DNA from: Antedon mediterranea
Taxonomy: Eukaryota > Animalia > Echinodermata
DNA: 64,000 nt
Assembly: GCF_964355755.1 (NCBI RefSeq)
Contig: NC_092678.1
Location: 4,418,422 to 4,482,421, forward strand
Direction: 5' to 3'
Of this stretch, positions 62,201-64,000 are shown in pieces; positions within the stretch are counted from its first letter, which is position 1; every line of letters begins with the position of its first letter. The notes beneath the pieces are model-generated. The model saw only the letters and a program-made list of their open reading frames with translations, was not told the origin of the DNA and did no database searches. The position numbers were made by a program, and so were the translations under genes.

Positions 62201-64000
62201 AAATAACCTTTTTTATTTATAATTAATTGCTTTTATTTTAAATTAATTGTTCAATTTTTTACATTTATTATTTTTATTATTTGTTATTTATTTATAGTTA
62301 GGCCTATCGTAACTTAAATCTTTGCATTTCTTCGTCCTTTCTAAATTTGTCTTCACATTATGTTATATTAATTATTTCAAGATATGGAATATTTCATAAT
62401 TATACTATTTCTTATGCAAGTTGGTGTTAAGCTGTGATTATTTTCTTTTACCTCTTATCACCTTTTGTCAATGATGATTGTTTATGTTGATTTTTGTTGG
62501 CAATAAAGCACAGTAAAGGTTAAATTTATCTTAATGAATCTACTTTGTTCTTGCAGGGGTTGAACGTTTCTATTCGCATATTGAAAAAATGATCGGATTC
62601 CGACCGAACATTTGGTGGAAATTATGTTGGGTGGGATTCACACCAGCTATTACAGCGGTAAATAAACTTTGGAAAGACCTATTCGATCATCCTGGCATTG
62701 TCAAAATCATAATTCATGATTTAAGCAAAGATATTGATAAGAATTCTCAGAAAGCGTTTCTAATATAATATGAACGTGAATTTGCAATAAATCTGTGTTT
62801 GATCTAATTGTTTTGACACTTATCGGAATTTTCTCTCGAAATTTGATAAAAATGATCGTGAAAATTCGTAAACATCCTAATTGCTTCGCGTAATAATTGA
62901 TTTTTGTGTCACTTTGGAAATTGATTGCATTATAAAACGATCTTTATAATAATTGTATCGCAAATCTTACACATTGAATTGCAATCAAAAAGTAAATTAA
63001 ATATTCGTTTTTTAAACATAAATTACAGATCTTGCTAGAACTTCGTTTACGTTGTAATAATTGCCAGGTTTAACGTCATTGTGATCGGAATACTAAATCA
63101 TGTTTGCAATTTAAATGTTGACAAATCTTAAAGCAAAAATAATCATCTCTAAATAGCATATTGGTTAAACCCAGAAAGTCGTTAATTAACAAAACTCTCT
63201 GTAAAAATGAATAATAATATCACAGACCCTTGATAGCTTGCAGCCTCTTTCCAGGTAGTACCGGTTTTGAGATCTAAAAACCTGGTAGTCCGCATGTTCG
63301 AATTTCAACTTCTGTAATTTGTTTGTGTTTATATTAAATCGAATGTCTTGTTCACTTATTGTCCAATTCAAGTTTAGTTTTGGTCACTTGGTTTACCTGA
63401 GAGGCGTATTCAAATATATTCTAACATGATGACGTCATTCATTTTTTTGTACACAGGGTGTCTTCATATTTAGTTTGGTTAAGTATACGCCTCTGACGTA
63501 CGTGGATTACGTATACCCAGATTGGAGCTATGCTATTGGCTGGATGTTAGCGCTTAGCTCTATGCTGTGTATCCCAGGATACATGGTGTATATCTTGGCT
63601 AAAACACCTGGAACACTTCTGGAGGTTTGATTTTTTTATTTATTTTTCCAAGTTTAAATGAATATGATTCTGACGTTGATGACGTCGACGATTATTAGAA
63701 TGACAAATGATTGAAATGATAACGACGATGATGAGAGATAATAATAAGTATTTTGAGGACGAGGATGATAAAAGGAGGAACGCTGTAAATGTTTTTTTTA
63801 AATACTTTCAATAAAATGAAATTAACTCTTGAAGATGACGAACAACAATACTGTCCGGAGCGACACCGGTAGCATGCATCCGAACGCACTACTTTATGTA
63901 AATAAAATAATTTGATTCGATCAACAGCGCTTTCAGATCTGCATAACCCCACAATGGACTGAAGAAGATTACGCCAAGGGTATTGCGATAGACGATCACC
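47251..64000 (+). CDS. SLC6A1-like: Sodium- and chloride-dependent GABA transporter-like SLC6 protein (GAT-1-like), 3'-partial, 13 exons
   Basis: Exons 47251-47470, 54952-55083, 55713-55920, 56378-56510, 57559-57693, 58629-58732, 59350-59474, 59869-59981, 61172-61303, 61746-61848, 62557-62657, 63457-63624, 63928->64000. Motifs [80 protein letters not shown] (GAT/TauT/CRT-subfamily TM10). Confidence 0.92.
50280..50700 (+). repeat. Degenerate (GAT/GGT)n low-complexity tract
   Basis: Purine-rich GATGAT/GGTGAT tract. Confidence 0.7.
51145..51329. mobile_element. MITE family C, almost fully palindromic, TTA target duplication (PIF/Harbinger-like)
   Basis: TTA-AGCGTGGTTCCCACTAG...CTAGTGGGAACCAAGCT-TTA with long internal IR (GCAAGGACGTAA / TTACGTCCTTGC, TGACCAAT / ATTGGTCA). 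Degraded relatives at about 35940-36085 and 52478-52625. Confidence 0.8.
55613..55686. mobile_element. MITE family A 3' half, about 25 bp upstream of the SLC6 exon 3 acceptor
   Basis: ATATGGACAC..GTCATATCATTACC..ATAGTGTAGACAGAGCT. Confidence 0.65.
58948..59285. mobile_element. MITE family B copy (inverted relative to the 31522 copy)
   Basis: AGATGCATTAGTCCCC...GGGACAATACATCT-TTAA; internal GGCTGGCAGCC is the reverse complement of GGCTGCCAGCC at 31681. Confidence 0.7.
60665..61102 (+). repeat. GC-rich triplet-based compound repeat (GCCGGTAATGTTGCT...)
   Basis: Repeating GCC GGT AAT / GTT GCT units in SLC6 intron 8. Confidence 0.9.

Noticed and set aside
3687-64000. Functional cluster idea linking alpha2delta (gabapentinoid target) and a GABA transporter
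   Set aside because: Adjacent eukaryotic genes separated by NOL9, with no evidence of co-regulation; would need conserved synteny.

Overview
Eukaryotic (metazoan, AT-rich, probably a marine invertebrate; taxon is inference) genomic window, not prokaryotic: no operons, rRNA, tRNA or CRISPR arrays. Manual splicing of GT/GC-AG exons gives four protein-coding genes. (1) A voltage-gated Ca2+ channel alpha-2/delta subunit (CACNA2D3/4-like, + strand, 32 coding exons visible at 3687-33290; the 5' exons were not found and probably lie upstream of the window). (2) NOL9 polynucleotide 5'-kinase (+, 12 exons, 37452-45764). (3) An intact 4-exon UDP-glycosyltransferase nested antisense inside NOL9 intron 10 (-, 44990-42637). 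(4) A GABA-transporter-like SLC6 gene (+, 47251 to beyond 64000). Introns contain many minisatellites, at least three MITE families, LINE/SINE remnants and a Penelope-type minimal hammerhead ribozyme. The most unusual items are a 9 x 56-bp minisatellite that copies an exon end plus its 5' splice site, a candidate Rbfox-regulated 36-nt alpha2delta microexon, the nested antisense UGT and the hammerhead. All coordinates and counts were read by eye; no searches were run.
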